A stretch of DNA of 64,000 nt from Raillietiella orientalis. Its lineage: Eukaryota. The notes under the pieces were generated by a model. The model was not told the origin of the DNA. It worked only from the letters and a program-made list of their open reading frames with translations, and did no database searches. The DNA lies in NCBI GenBank assembly GCA_036172245.1, contig JAYWIR010000055.1, positions 248,001 to 312,000 of the forward strand, given 5' to 3'. The stretch's first letter is position 1; the number at the start of each line of letters is the position of its first letter. A program made the position numbers and the translations under genes. This document shows positions 1 to 12,722 of the stretch, piece after piece.

Positions 1-3000
1 TGACGAACCAGGTACATCAGGTGTGTCAACAACTTGCTACACCTAGTACTGAAGATCAACGAGCATTGCACATCATGAGAAATGTTATGGGTATTCTTCA
101 ACATCATGATGCCATTACAGGCACAAGCAAACAATATGTTGCAGCTGACTATGCTGTCAAGGCTATGAAAGGCATTGCTGCTTGTCAAGATGTAATAACT
201 CACACACTTAAGTGAGTACAACATTTTTTCACCCAGTTTGATGATACTGCACTTTAGCAAACACACCCCAGTTGATTTCAAAAGTGGTATTTGCCTTCAG
301 TTGAATATTAGTCAGTGTCAAATATCAGAATCCGAGGATAATTTTCTTTTGACAGTGTATAACCCTTTGGGCCACAGTTACAAATATTATGTTCGATTGC
401 CAGTGCCCAGCAATCATGCTTATGCTGTTTTTGATTTGCAAGGTAACCCATTACTGGAGTTATTTGAAGTTTACAAAAAAAAAACATAGGGAATTTACTA
501 CAGAGCGAATTATATCCCATACAAGAATGGATTTCCCAAATACCAGGAAGAACTAGCAAAGCTGCTTTTGAACTTGTGTTTCAAACTTTTCTACTTCCCT
601 TAGGGTACCAAAGGTTTTTAATTAAAAGAACGAAGCAAAGTAATGTCCAGTCTGTGCAAGCCATCACTATGGCATCTCTTGAAGATTTCAGCGTAAAGAA
701 TTCGGTAATTTTTCAAGCTTTTCATTGACAAACATAATTACCTGAGTTTGCATACACAATTTAGCAAGGCATGCAAAAGCATTTTCTCAATGCGATTGAT
801 GATTAACATCATTTCAGAGGAGAGATAAGCTGATTCAGTTTTCTAATTTCATTAGTTTAGATAATGTTTCTAGAGTTAAAATTCCTGCTTCTGCAACTGT
901 TCAGTGTTTAGTTTCCTCTTGAAGAGCTACTAATAAGCATAGGAAATGCAAAAAAGGATTGATGATCAACTCTGCCATGATTAGCAACAGATTGTTTGGG
1001 GATGCGCTGTTGATCTAATGAGGCAAATCATTCCAAACTTTTGGCAGCAGCGTTGGGTATTTTCAGTGTTGTTACATCTCGTTGCACATTGTATTGTCAA
1101 AAAGCTATTGGAGGTGCATTGCAGATAAAGCAAAATGCAATGTAACTATTCTCTGACGTAATGGTTTGAAGCCATAATTGTAATTTGAAAAGCTTTAAAT
1201 AATTTTTTGAAGAATTGGATGTGCTTACGCACTTTTTTTAATCCTCCCCCATGCCCTTTGTGACAGTTATATGGGACAGCGTAGTTTGTAGATCGGAGTC
1301 AAGATTTTAAATGCTGAAAGTGAGCTGATCGGAGCAAGAACTGCAAGATGAATTGGGTTCAGAAATACTGCAAGACCTTGGCATTTGTATTAGTGTAAGG
1401 AAGAACTACCAAAAAAATCAGATATTGGAATGCAAAGTCACAGAAAGGAAGATAGGCATGAAAAGCTTGACCTTGAAGAAATGTGTAGAGACAAGTTATG
1501 AGCAACAAACATCTCAAATTACGTCTAGGCCACACCATCTTTATTTGTTTGCTAGCTTCTGTATTTGTTTTGAGAAATGTTTGCAGTAAGCCTTTACCTG
1601 TGGAGAAATGGGAACTTGAGTTCTAAATATGAATGCCTGAATGATAAATGAGACTATAAACTAAAGGATTACGTGGGGAAAGCTGCAGACTCCCTGACTT
1701 GATTGTGCAAAGTGAAGATGGGAAACAAAAGACTTAATGGCATCACTTAAATTAGATCACTAGAAGTTGCAAGGCGCATCTTATTTGTTTGTAGCATATG
1801 AAGTTTTCTCATTGATGAATCTTGAGGATGCAGTTTACTTTCTTTGTCTTTCAGCACCTTCGAGTGTTCTTCGATGGCAAAACCCACCATATGCGATCTG
1901 TGGAAGTAGACAATGTTGACGTCCTTGTCAGACAGGGATACTTATGGTATCAAGCTATGAGCGGAAATAATAGTAAAGCCGAGTTCAGGGCATCTGGAGC
2001 ATACATTTTTCGCCCCAACGGTTCAGCCATACATCCAGAAGGAAAGGTTAATACCACTGTTACTAGAGGTACGTAGTTGTTGATTTTCTTGAAACATCTT
2101 GACTGTGTCTTATATGCACAGGTGAGCTAGTTGAAGAAGTCCATCAGGTTTTCAATAGCTGGCTAAAACAATCGATTCGTGTTTATAGGGACAGTCCTGC
2201 CATTGAACTGAATTGGTTGATAGGGCCAGTTCCTGTAGAGTATGTACTTACGTGAGATTGTTACATTCCTAGATACGTTTTTTTTTTCCATGAAAGAGAC
2301 CATCAAGGCAAGGAAATCATCAGTAGATTCACTTCGGATCTCGAAACACATGGTTTTTTTTATACAGATGCCAATGGAAGGCAGATCTTGAGACGCCGTC
2401 GAGACTTTAGACCAACTTGGCACCTTAATGTTACAGAGCCTATTTCAGGCAATTATTTCCCCGTTACTTCACATATGGCAATTTCTGACGAAAAACGCGA
2501 TCTGCGGCTCACTGTTTTGACGGATCGTGCTCAAGGGGGAACAAGCCTGCAGGATGGAGAAATAGAAATGATGTTACATCGTCAGCTTCTGCATGATGAT
2601 GCATTTGGTGTTGAGGAAGCCCTGAATGACACAGCTTACAGTACCGGCGTCGTTGTTCGGGGGAAGCATCTGATACTACTGACTTCTATACAGGATGCAG
2701 CAAAGTCGTACCGCCCGTTGGCATTGCAACAGCACTTACCGCCATTACTGATTTTTAGTTCAGCAACTGCAAAGAGCATTCTTTCAGAATCTCAAGAGGT
2801 TAGTGAGAGATACGTATGTATGGAAACTCGGTTTTCAACCGTAGCACTCTGGCATCAGCACCTTGCCTCCAAATGTGCACATTCTGACCTTGGAAAGGCT
2901 CTCCGACTCCAAAGTGCTGCTTCGATTGGAACACTATTTCGACAAAGACGAGGACAGGTTACTCTCTCAGCCAGTCTATGTCGACTTGAGATCCGTATTT

Positions 3001-3216
3001 CCGCGTTGGAAGGTGCAGGGTGTCGAGGAGCTGACTTTAGACGGCAACCTTCGCGTGCACGAAACGTGGCAGTTCGGTGGCAACCTGCAGCACCACGCAA
3101 GAGAGCGGAAACTCCCTGCCTATCGGATGAAGCCTCACTTCGTTGTGAAGTTGACCCCAATGCAAATCAGGACATTTTTGCTCTCCGTGGACGTGGCATC
3201 AGGAAGAAATGGATAG
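1..3216 (+). CDS. MAN2B1: Lysosomal alpha-mannosidase (GH38, MAN2B1-like), 3' part; the gene runs off the left edge
   Basis: Exons <1-211, 258-442, 490-704, 1855-2068, 2122-2239, 2297-2798 and 2845-3216 join in frame across GT-AG introns of 46, 47, 1150, 53, 57 and 46 nt. GH38 motifs: QHHDAITGT, VYNPLG, SGAYIFRP, FYTDANGRQ, EPISGNYFP, VLTDRAQGGTSL, LHDDAFGVEEALN, LTPMQIRTF. Confidence 0.95.
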
Positions 3217-6200
3217 CATGGAGCTTGTTTATGTGTGCATTACTCGATTGCCGTTCACGACTTAGTACTACGGGGTTTTTGAATCGTCTTCGGATGGGGC
3301 GAAGTCGAAACGGATGCTCGGTTGCTTCTCCGGGGCAGTAGTTCCAGCTTGTAGCCAATTATAGTCATTTCATCCCTCAGTTGTTTGTCTCGGATGCAAC
3401 AGTTCAGTTTCAGGACGTTTTGCACATGCTGCCACCGGAACTGAAGATGTGTGTGCAAAGGTGCAACCGCAGACCGGAGGATCGGTGATGGTTTCCGTCT
3501 TTGGCCTCGTGAAGTTCTCGTGGTCGAATTGAGGGGTCGTTTTTGAGGTTGCGAAAAGTGCTGTTGAAAACGCAGGAAGCACGGCGGTGCATTATTTGTT
3601 CATATTTTTTTAAAAAGCGTGGCAGAATGGACGCAAACGTTTGCGGAGAAAATCATCACATCCTCCGTCCGCGACCGAGAAACATGACACAAACGACCGG
3701 GATTTGGTGGTGCGTGCCGTGTGACCTTTCCACAGAATAATAATCCAAATAGTTGGCGTACCACCTGTGGATTTTGTAGGTGGGAATCAAAATACACCTA
3801 TTTATGAATCGGAATTCAACGACTCTGCAATTCTAAATGATTCCTCAGATAATGGGAAAGCCTTCAGGCTGTGCACGGCGAACTGATTGTCAGCAGCGAT
3901 TCATCGGCATCGTCGACTTTCCTCTTCTGCGTCGTCGTCTGCTTCCAGCTCCATGCGCCCCTTCTCCCCGTTCGGCCCCATTAGCCCGCACGGGCGCTTT
4001 TCACATTGCCCTTATGTACCATTAGGTGTAGCACCATCCGGTCTTTCAGACTCCATGCCCTCTGGGGCGTTTGCGGGTCCTCTCGAAACGGCGCCATCGG
4101 CAGTCCTAACTAACCGACGAAGCACAGCTTCGAGCCGTCAGCTCGGACTGCACGCGCGCATTCTCCAAAGCCACGCCCCGCACCAACCGCAATTTAATTA
4201 CTGTTCGTGGTCCTCGTCACTGCCCATTAGCTGCCGTCTTCCGGGGTACTTGCGTAGAGCTCACGACTGCGCATGCTATGGTGCAGAAGATGGGTGGCAG
4301 AGATTCACCGAGTCAAGCATGGTATGGTCAGGGGACGGAGGCGCAGGAAATTTAGAAATTGCGATTGCGGAACATAAACTGTTATTATCATTAGTATTAT
4401 TATCTGTGAAAGTGAAGTGGACATCAGCAAACAGGTTCGTATTACGTGTTTTTCGTTGTTGGTATCCTTATTCATGCAGAGTAGCCTGTTTTTTTTTTTT
4501 TTATCTATCGGAATCAAAACATTCGTAAAGTTGGAACTATGGCAAGCCTGCTTCCAGTTTGGATCCCACGTTGCGATTGGGATGTCACTCAAAGGAGCTT
4601 CCTTGTTTCCTCCTCATCAGACGTCAGGAGGAGCAGTCCAGCGTGCAACTGGATGGGCACGTAGGGAGCCTCGAGAAATCTCTGCTTGTAGACGGAACTT
4701 GGGTCTTCTATGATAAAACTGCTTCCGATTTGTGTTTCCAGCGTAAATCCATGATTTACTCTGGGAAGTGTGGGCACAGGTGGATGGGAGAGCGGGTCCT
4801 CACTTGCTGATGGTTTGGACTAGAGGCCAAAGCGAAGAACGCAGCGACGCGGCCCGAAGAAACGAAGTTGCCGCTGCGAGCACAGAGGGCCGCGGTAAAC
4901 ACGCGACGCAAGAAAAAGATTTCCTGGAATCGCCTGGCGAGGTGATTCCCTGGACTCGGTGGAACGCTTGGAACGCGCGTTTCTCGCGGATGTCCTCAGC
5001 AAAACTCGAAGAAATGGGGGGGGGGGGGTGCTCCCGAGACGACGTCAACCGAATGACGGTGAGGCACGGAAGAGCGCGTTGGTCGCTCACCCTCTGCGAA
5101 ATAGCGCCAAAAAGCGAAATGGAACTGTGGAAGGGCTGCTTCCGCGCAACGTACGGCTGAAGCGCGTATGCTGTCTGAAAAGAAAGAAAAAAACAATTCC
5201 AATCAGAATGGTGATAATGTCAAAGCAGCACGCAGGGCTCAAATGGATGGTGAGCGGAAACGTTCCAGAAGGTCCGGTGGCAGTTGGTCCTCGCAGCAGG
5301 AGACTCCGCGAGCGAATGAAGTTTTTTCAGGCATCTTCCAACGAGCTTCCTTGCCGAATTCGTTGCTCCTGGATACCTTGATCTGGATGGGCCGTCGTTT
5401 TCGCTTTGCGCCTCACCCGAGGACCATCGCCCCAGTTCCTCTTGAGGCCTCCCTGCCGATGCGCTCTCCACCAAAATAGGTCCCCCGTGAAAAAAGCCCC
5501 TAGCGCGTTTCAACAAAGGTTTGACACCGCTGCGTCCCCTCGCTTTCCGTCCTCTTCTGGTCACAACCGGAACGTGACGTGCGAAGTGACGCATCTTATT
5601 GCTGAACGCCTCCGACGTCATGGCTGCGTGACACCAGTTCCCCCGTGTTTCTCGAATCTGAGAGTTGCCTACAGCAACGACCAGGGCTCTCTCTTTGGTG
5701 TCCGTTGCTTTCAGCCCAACTGGGACACCCCAACCTTGCTTTCCACGTCACTTGTTCCCTAGCTGCAGAGCTTCCTCGCTCCTCTCGCCCCACGCCTTGT
5801 GGCGTTCCCATCGTTCCCGTGGCAAGAGCCTCGACGTTCCGAAGCGTAGGCGTTGCCGCACTTCCTGGTCGCCTCGGCGCCTCGCTTCGTTAAGATTCGA
5901 GCTGAGGTGGAGATGCGCGGAGTCAGAGGTGGAGGTCAGTGTTTGAAGGCCACCGCATCTCCTGCCGGGACAGAGGGACGACTCCGCAAGGAGGCGGCAC
6001 CCGGTACTGGCAGAGAGGGTTCCATCCACCGCCTCCGCTCGCCGCGGGCTCCTGAATCCGTGAGTGCAGGCCATGGAAGAAACCCCCAAGCTGCTGCACA
6101 ACAGAGGGGTGGCGCCGAGCGCGCTGGGAAGACCGACTACACAAAAGGGGGAGACGAGCGGAACCGGAAGTCGGGCGTGAATTGATTCCCGGTTGCTCCG

Positions 6201-6299
6201 GGGCGCCTCTTTGCACGCAAACAAACACGCTGCTCTTGCGGTCCAGCACGTGGCGAGAGAGAAGGTCACTGCGGCGAAGCAGGGCAGTCAGCGGCATGA

Positions 6300-7130
6300 A
6301 TTTTTGTTTTTTGGCTCTCAAGAAGTGCCGAACACCCGTCCGCCTCCCTACGGGGGGCTCGCGAAGCTCTCTTGGACACCGCCCACGACACTCGAGGGTG
6401 CGTGTTGACTCTCCCAGTTATGGGGAGTGACCCCAGAGTGGTGCCACCTTGTAGAATCCAGGAAGGACCCGGAGGGATCAGTTCCTCTTACGCTTGAAAG
6501 GGGGAGCCGGAGAAACCTCCCGGAAGGTGCCCGCTCCCCGTTTGCTCCTCCTCCGAAGGAAACCCGGGAGGAGCGCCCCCGATTCCTCTGCAGGGCGCTC
6601 TCCGAAGGGAGCAGCGCACTTTTGGCACTCTGAAGGGTCCCCTCTTGAGGATAGGGGAGACCCATTTTTGCAACCGGGGTGGGAACCCTGGAGGGCTGCT
6701 TGATGTCCTGGAAGGGCCCCGGAAGGTCGACTTCCAGTTCCTCCCGGTCAGCAGGAGCATCCAGCGTCCACCAGTGCCTCTGCACCCGAATCGGCCAACC
6801 AGCGCCATCCTTCAGAGGGATGGGGGGAGGGCACTTGAAGTCCTCACAATGCACCCCCCATTTCTGGGCGTCACCCCTTCCCACCCCGGGCAGGATTCGA
6901 ACCGGCCACATTTGGTGCCGCACGGCCGCCGATGCGGCCCACGCCTTCCGCTGGGGAAACTAGGTGCCCCCACTGTGAAAGATGCGGAGGAAGAGAAACG
7001 TTCCCGCACCTTCCCGCAAATCGACGGGACCTCCAACTAGGGTGGCGCCGAGTGGCGCACAGCCTATCTCTCCCGAATATGGAGATGATGCTGCTCCTCC
7101 ATCGCGTACCACGGAGCTTGTTGATGCCCC
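6300..7130 (+). mobile_element. Module B copy 1: degenerate ~39-nt repeat region followed by IGQPA and a CxxC-ETFPHL zinc-finger-like motif
   Basis: Visibly homologous to 47640-48640 and 61400-61870 (RHSRVRV/RHPRLRV/CHPRVHV; DPEG/LPEG/LSEG; IGQPA/TGQPA). Near 6965-7010 it reads CPHCERCGGRETFPHL. Frameshifted. Confidence 0.6.
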
Positions 7131-7134
7131 CCCG

Positions 7135-7360
7135 GGGAGTCGCCCCTCCAGGGTGCGAAGAAACGCGCTACTCCCTTCGGCAAGCGCCCTGCAGAGAAAT
7201 CGGGAGGCACCCCTCCCGGGTTCCCTTCGGAGGAGGAAATGGGGAGCGGGTTTCTCCGGAGACAACCAGGGCGGGGGTCCGTTTTAGGGTTCTCCTCCGG
7301 TTGTTGAGGGGATCGTTTCTCGGATGAGACCCAGTTAGGGATCTTTCACAGGAATCCGCA
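7135..7360 (-). repeat. Inverted partial copy of the module B repeat array
   Basis: The minus strand reads RFLCRALAEGSSAFL, against RFLCRALSEGSSALL on the plus strand at ~6578-6625. It also shares CCCTGGTTGTCT with 47860-47871. Confidence 0.8.
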
Positions 7361-8539
7361 CGGTTGCTGGCGAAAAAGGGGAGGGGACCTTCGCCGAACC
7401 TCGGAGGAGAGGAAAGGTACAGGCGGCGCTCAGGAGCGGGGCTGCCGCAGACCGAAGGCGAGCGGGAGCCATCGGCTCGCCTCGAGCGATTCAATCCGGC
7501 GGGAGGGATTTTCTCCCGACGCGATCTCGGCTTCCGGGATGCGCCCGGTGAGTCCCGGAAGGCGGACATCACGAAGCTAAGGGGGGGGGGAAGGGTGGGG
7601 ACCTTCGAGAGACCGCGGACTCGGCTACGTCGTGAGAAAGAGGCGTGGGCCGCTCCCGAGCCCGGCGGACTCCGCATGCAGCCTCCTGGCGGAATCTCCT
7701 CCGAGCTACACGCTCTCCTCGATCTCCACGGCCTCTCCTGCCTTCCCAGGATGTTCCGCGCGCCCAGATCCGAGAGGCGCAGCCTGGCAGGGGCCGCCGA
7801 ATCGGAAGGAGGGCCAGAGGCGGTCTTCGCGGATGTGGCCGACGCGCGCCGTTCCGACTGAGGCTGGAAGGCAGGCAGGCGGGAAGGAGGGTGCTACTCG
7901 GGCAAATCCCATTCTGCTCTCCTGGGAAAGAAGGAACCGCCCGGGAGGCAAAGGGACGCGCGGAAGAAGGGGGGCCACTGTCGCTCCCGAGTTGCCTCCG
8001 TGCCTCCCCTCCTTCTGCCGAGCCAGAGCATGCCGCGGAGGAGAGGAGGGGAGCGGGCATCCATCGCTCGGGATACGGTCTCAGCTAAAGGGCGAGGAAC
8101 CTTCCCCTGTGGAATCGAGTTCGGAGGGAAGGAAGGGCCGGTGCAGGCAGACGCGCCGCCCACGACACCTCCGAGGACAGTGGCCAGGCCTCGGAGCTGC
8201 ATCTTCGCGCCCTGCCGCCCGCCGCGCCCAGGGAGCGATCGGAACCGCGTCTGCCAGACTTCGTCGGCGAGGGTATGTTCGCGATGCGAGCGACGTCTTC
8301 GGCGACTCGGTCGGCTGTGCACGCGCCCGAAAGGGCGGACTCGACTCCTCCCGAGGGGGAGCGTAGAACCGTCGAAGTGGAGGAGAGGGGGCACCATCTC
8401 CGGTGGCGGCGGTGGCGGGAGGACCAGGTTTTCTCCTTCGGCGGGGCGGCCCTTTGACCCGCCAGCTCCGCCCCCACCCTTAAGAGGTCACACGCCCCGC
8501 CGATGAGCCACCATCGCCTCTCCCCCTTAGGGATGGCGG

Positions 8540-10200
8540 TGGTGCGGCCTGAGGGCAGGTGAATCCGCTTGGGGATCCTCCCGGTGCGGTACTTTAAGTA
8601 CCTCGGTGTGCCGTTGGGGGATTATGGCGTGGTCCAGGTGCCTTCAGAAGTCTGAGACGGCTATCGGTCCGTTCCAAGGTGGCAGGTTTTTCCTTCCGGA
8701 ACGGGCCACAGTGTGGAGCACGTTCATGGACCCCCTCCTTGGGCCCTTGCTTCTTGTTTGTCCCCCCACAGAGGAGATAAAAAAGCGGGAGAAGGACCTC
8801 TGAGGATCGGCCTTTGGGGTAGAGGGAGGCCCCAAGATCCTACTTGTGGACTTGTGCATTCCGCGTCGGGACGGTGGTCTCGACCCCCTGGCGCTGGGGC
8901 GGCTGGAGTGTCAGCTCCAGTTCCGGATAGTTGACTTCATGGCGAAGAACTGGAGCACCACCTGGTGCGTCCCTGCACATCTCGTCGTCGAGCAGGCCAC
9001 CGGCAACGTGGGACTATCATCCTATCTTGCACTCCGAAACCCCATCTGCCACTTCGAACTACAGTTTCGGAGGGCAGTCAAACTCGCGAGGACCAACTTG
9101 GGATAGATCTCCATCCGCCCCGCGAACGGTAGTGCCTAGCTTCAGGAAACCGTTCGCCTGTGGGCGAGGGTCCACGAGCACCGCGCGGAACAGGTGAGAA
9201 GATTCCTGTTCACGCGGCACAACCGCACGCTCCAAGAGATCCTGGAGGATCCCCCCAAAAGCGCGTGGGCAGGAAGAACTTCCCTTGCTGCGGCGTTTCC
9301 CTCCCTCAGGGAACATCTAAGCAGCGACATCGCGGCAAAATAAGAGGTTTTCATTAGAATCTCCGGGAAGGAGAAGTGGATCGGGGAAGGAAAAACAGGT
9401 CAGCTGACTAACGCTGCAACCCGAGTACACCCCACATCGACTCTTGCGCTGGGGCGAGCTGCTGGATGTTCGGGTGGAACATCTGAAGTGGCCCCGATGC
9501 TCATGGACACGCGCACCCTCCCCATGAAGTGGCAGCAGTCGGCGCTTTTGGTAAAGCACTGTGGTCTCCCATGCAATGCACGCCGTCACCACTGGACGCG
9601 GGGGGTGTTGACCCCAATCGTGTTAGGTGCGGGGAGCGAGAATCCCTCCTCCACCTATTAGTGGACTGTGTTGCCCTCCGGTCCCCATGGGAACGCTTTG
9701 CCGCAGCCCTGGGAACCCCCTGTAGCAACCCCAGAGACGCTATAACACCCCTCTTTGTTCGCGAAGTCCTTCGGCCAGCGGCCTCTCTTGCAGCCCTGTG
9801 CTGCCTACGTGGGATCGTCGCTGCATAGAGCAATGCAACGGAAGGTTCCAGCGATAGGGATGCCAGCGAATACGCCGTCCGCTTCCAGAGGATGACGACG
9901 CGATGGCTCCAAGTCTGGAAGTTAACACACAGGAAGAGCTTGTCAGCATCCTCCAGAGGATGCGACGGACCCTCCCAGCAGACTGTGGTCCTTTCCCGCG
10001 CTCTCCCAGTTCTTTTATTTATTTTTAATTTTTTTTCCTTTTTGTTTATGCTCTCTCCCCTCTGCTGCCGAGGTGGACGTCTGCGAACTGGTGACTCGGC
10101 AGGCTTTGCACAACTAGCGCGTGGCTGGACCATTCGTCCAGCCACAGATTCTGTAGATGGTTTATTCTGAAGAACAAATGCCCCGGCGCTCCAGGGTGAG
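8540..10200 (+). mobile_element. Module A copy 1: 5'-truncated, decayed L1/Tx1-like non-LTR retrotransposon (RT thumb to zf-RVT and 3' end)
   Basis: Motifs YFKYLGVPLG, CIPRRDGGL and NRVRCGERESLLHLLVDC, colinear with 50000-51680. Multiple stops and frameshifts. Confidence 0.85.
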
Positions 10201-10365
10201 AATCGAAGCCGCAGCTGGGATCGCGCGTCCGAAGCGAACGGCTGCGGCCAACGGGGACGCGTTCGCCCCTGTGGGGAAGACGGACGCGACCGGGAGCCAG
10301 GGGGTCCGAACAGAAGGCATCCCTGACGACCCAAGGCACACCGGAATGGACGCCAAAGGAGGCGT

Positions 10366-12722
10366 TTATGAGTGCGCACCGCCCGAGTCTAGGTGGCGGC
10401 GCGTGGCGCACCGCTGACAGCACGCCGCCATCCGCGAGACGAAACGATCCACCGGCTCCAGACTGCGCATCCACAGCGGCAGGAAGTCCCAGGAGCGGAG
10501 ACGCTTCGGGAGCCACCGGGGGCGTCTCCTCTGCAGGACGGCGAGGAGGGCGATGGTGGTGCCCGCGGCGAGGAGAGTGCCGCCGGTGGCGACCAGGGCT
10601 GCGGTACCCGCAAGGGATAGGGCGAAGGCGAGCGCCGGCAGGAGGACGAAGGCACCTAAGAGGTAGACCAAGGCGAGCCAGCGGCGGCGCGCCACAGCGG
10701 CGCCCACGGCCCGCGCCAGGGGCAGGGGCAGGCGGGTCGCAGGCACCACATAGAAGACGAGGACGCCGAAGATGTTGAAGAAGAGGTGGCAAAGGGCTAT
10801 CTGCAGGGCGGGCCGGAAGCGCTCCGGAGGCGCGGCCAGGGACGCCAGCAGGGCGGTGGTGGTGCTGCCGACGTTGGAGCCCAGCACGAGCGGGTAGACC
10901 CTCTCCAGAGAGACGACCCCGAGGCCGGCCAGGGGGGTCAGCGCGGACGTGAACACCGAGCTGGACTGAACGAGGACGGTCAGTGCGGCGCCCACCAGCA
11001 TTGCCAGGTACCCCGTGACCCACGGTGCGCGGGGGATGTCCGAGTCCAAAGTCCGCAACACCACGCTGGCCATCTTGCCTGAGGCATGCCGGAGGGGAAA
11101 GATCGCAGGGTTCCCGAATGAGGAAATGGGGAAGTGGAAGGGTGAGGGGTCACCAGCGCTTACCTTTGAGCACGCTGGTCAGGATCTTCACGATGCCCAG
11201 GAGGCACAGGCAGAGGACCAGCAGCGAGGCGCACAACAGGACGGCGCCGATGGCGGCATCGCTCCAGGGGACGGCGGCGAAGAGGAATCTGCCTGAGGTG
11301 CGTGGGCGTGGGGATCCCCTGCGCTTCCCCGCCCGCCCACTCACAAGGTGCCCCTCCGCAGTCTGCGCGCAGCAGGGACGTCCGGTTGTCGCTTGGGAAA
11401 GACTCCCGGACGGGATCCAGGGCTTTCAGGTCCAGCTGAGGAGAGAGAGCGCCACCGTCCCTCTGGATATCTTCCGCATCCCCCCATCCCCGCTCCGCCG
11501 ACCTGCACGACGCGGTCCAGCAGGGGGTCGGTCAGCGCGGACAGCAGCCGCACCTTGGAGACGGTGGTGGAGGAGGCATTTCCCGCGCCCGCTGCTCCCA
11601 CGATGGCGCCCGTCATCTTCTCCAGCAGCCCTGCGGGGCGTTTCGTGACCCCGAGCGTTCCTCGCCAGCAGGAGGAAGGGCGGGAGGAGGCGCAATTTCT
11701 GACCCCTGACCCTTCCCGCCCGCCTCACCCGTGCACACCTCCAGGACGAGGAATACGGCAGCGTTCATCCAGTTGAAGGCGTCGTGCAGCACCCCCGCTG
11801 CGAAGGCCTTGCGGAAGATCTCGCGATCCCCGGCCTGCGTCATGGCGACGAAGCTGCTCGTGACCGACGTGCCGACGTTCGAACCCATCACCATGGGGAT
11901 GGCCTCTCGCACAGTGAGCACTGGGGGGTAGGAGAGGAGCTCAAAGGCAGCCGGCACCGCCGCGCGCGAGCCGCCTCCCCCCGCGCGGGGGGATGCGATG
12001 GAGAGGCCGCTTGGCGTCCGCACCTCCCGCCGCCACCATGCTGACGAGGATCGACGTCACGGCCGAAGAGCTCTGCAGCAGCGCGGTGCTTACGACGCCC
12101 AGCACGACGCCCACCAGGGGGTGGCGCATCAGCTCGCTGCCGCCCCCGAAGAAGGTACCTGGGGGAGGGGCGTCGTCTCCTCTTTCCACCCTATTGGCAC
12201 GGGAGACTCACCGGTCGCCTGGCCGGCCAGCAGCCGGAAGGCGACGCCCAGTAGCTGAAGAGAGCAGGTGAAGGCGTAGAGGCAGGCGACGACCCCCAAA
12301 GCCTTAGCAGTTGCCAGAGAGATCCGGAGTGCCCTCCTCCGGAGGGGGGCTGCGGCCCCTGAGAGGAAGGGGAAGAGTGGAGAAAGAGGCGCTGAGGACC
12401 GGCTCGTCGCCGAGGCGACCGTTTCTTGCAACCCTCTTCCCCCTTCACCCCCGAAGGGCGGACGCAGGAAGGGGCGACTCACCGCCCCTCTTCCGGCGCG
12501 GAGGCAGAGGAGGCCCGCAGGAGGCTAGGGCGCCGTCCAGCGGGATGAGGTCCACGGTCGACGAAGAAAGCGACGGTGGAGCCGGGTCCGCAGAGGACCC
12601 GATAGGGGGGGTCCGCGCCATGCTGGACAGCTGCAAGAGGAGAGAGGTGACTTCAGCGGCTCGCCTCCCCCCACCTGGATCGCCGCGCGCCAGGCGCCTC
12701 TCACCTGGTTCTTGGGAGCCAT
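10366..12722 (-). CDS. SLC34A: Sodium-dependent phosphate cotransporter, SLC34/NaPi-II family, paralog A (~566 aa)
   Basis: Nine exons (12722-12705, 12630-12483, 12358-12212, 12158-12024, 11920-11729, 11630-11503, 11435-11345, 11292-11164, 11078-10366) total 1701 nt in frame, all GT-AG. Two QSSS repeats, [38 protein letters not shown]. Confidence 0.93.

Noticed and set aside
2388..3341. 317-aa ORF as a complete protein
   Set aside because: It reads through the 46-nt intron 2799-2844; the true C-terminus is in the 2863-3216 frame.
6885..6960. tRNA gene or SINE suggested by minus-strand GGTTCGAATCC (similar hits near 23610 and 48395)
   Set aside because: Only a B-box-like word; I could not build a cloverleaf or a convincing A box.
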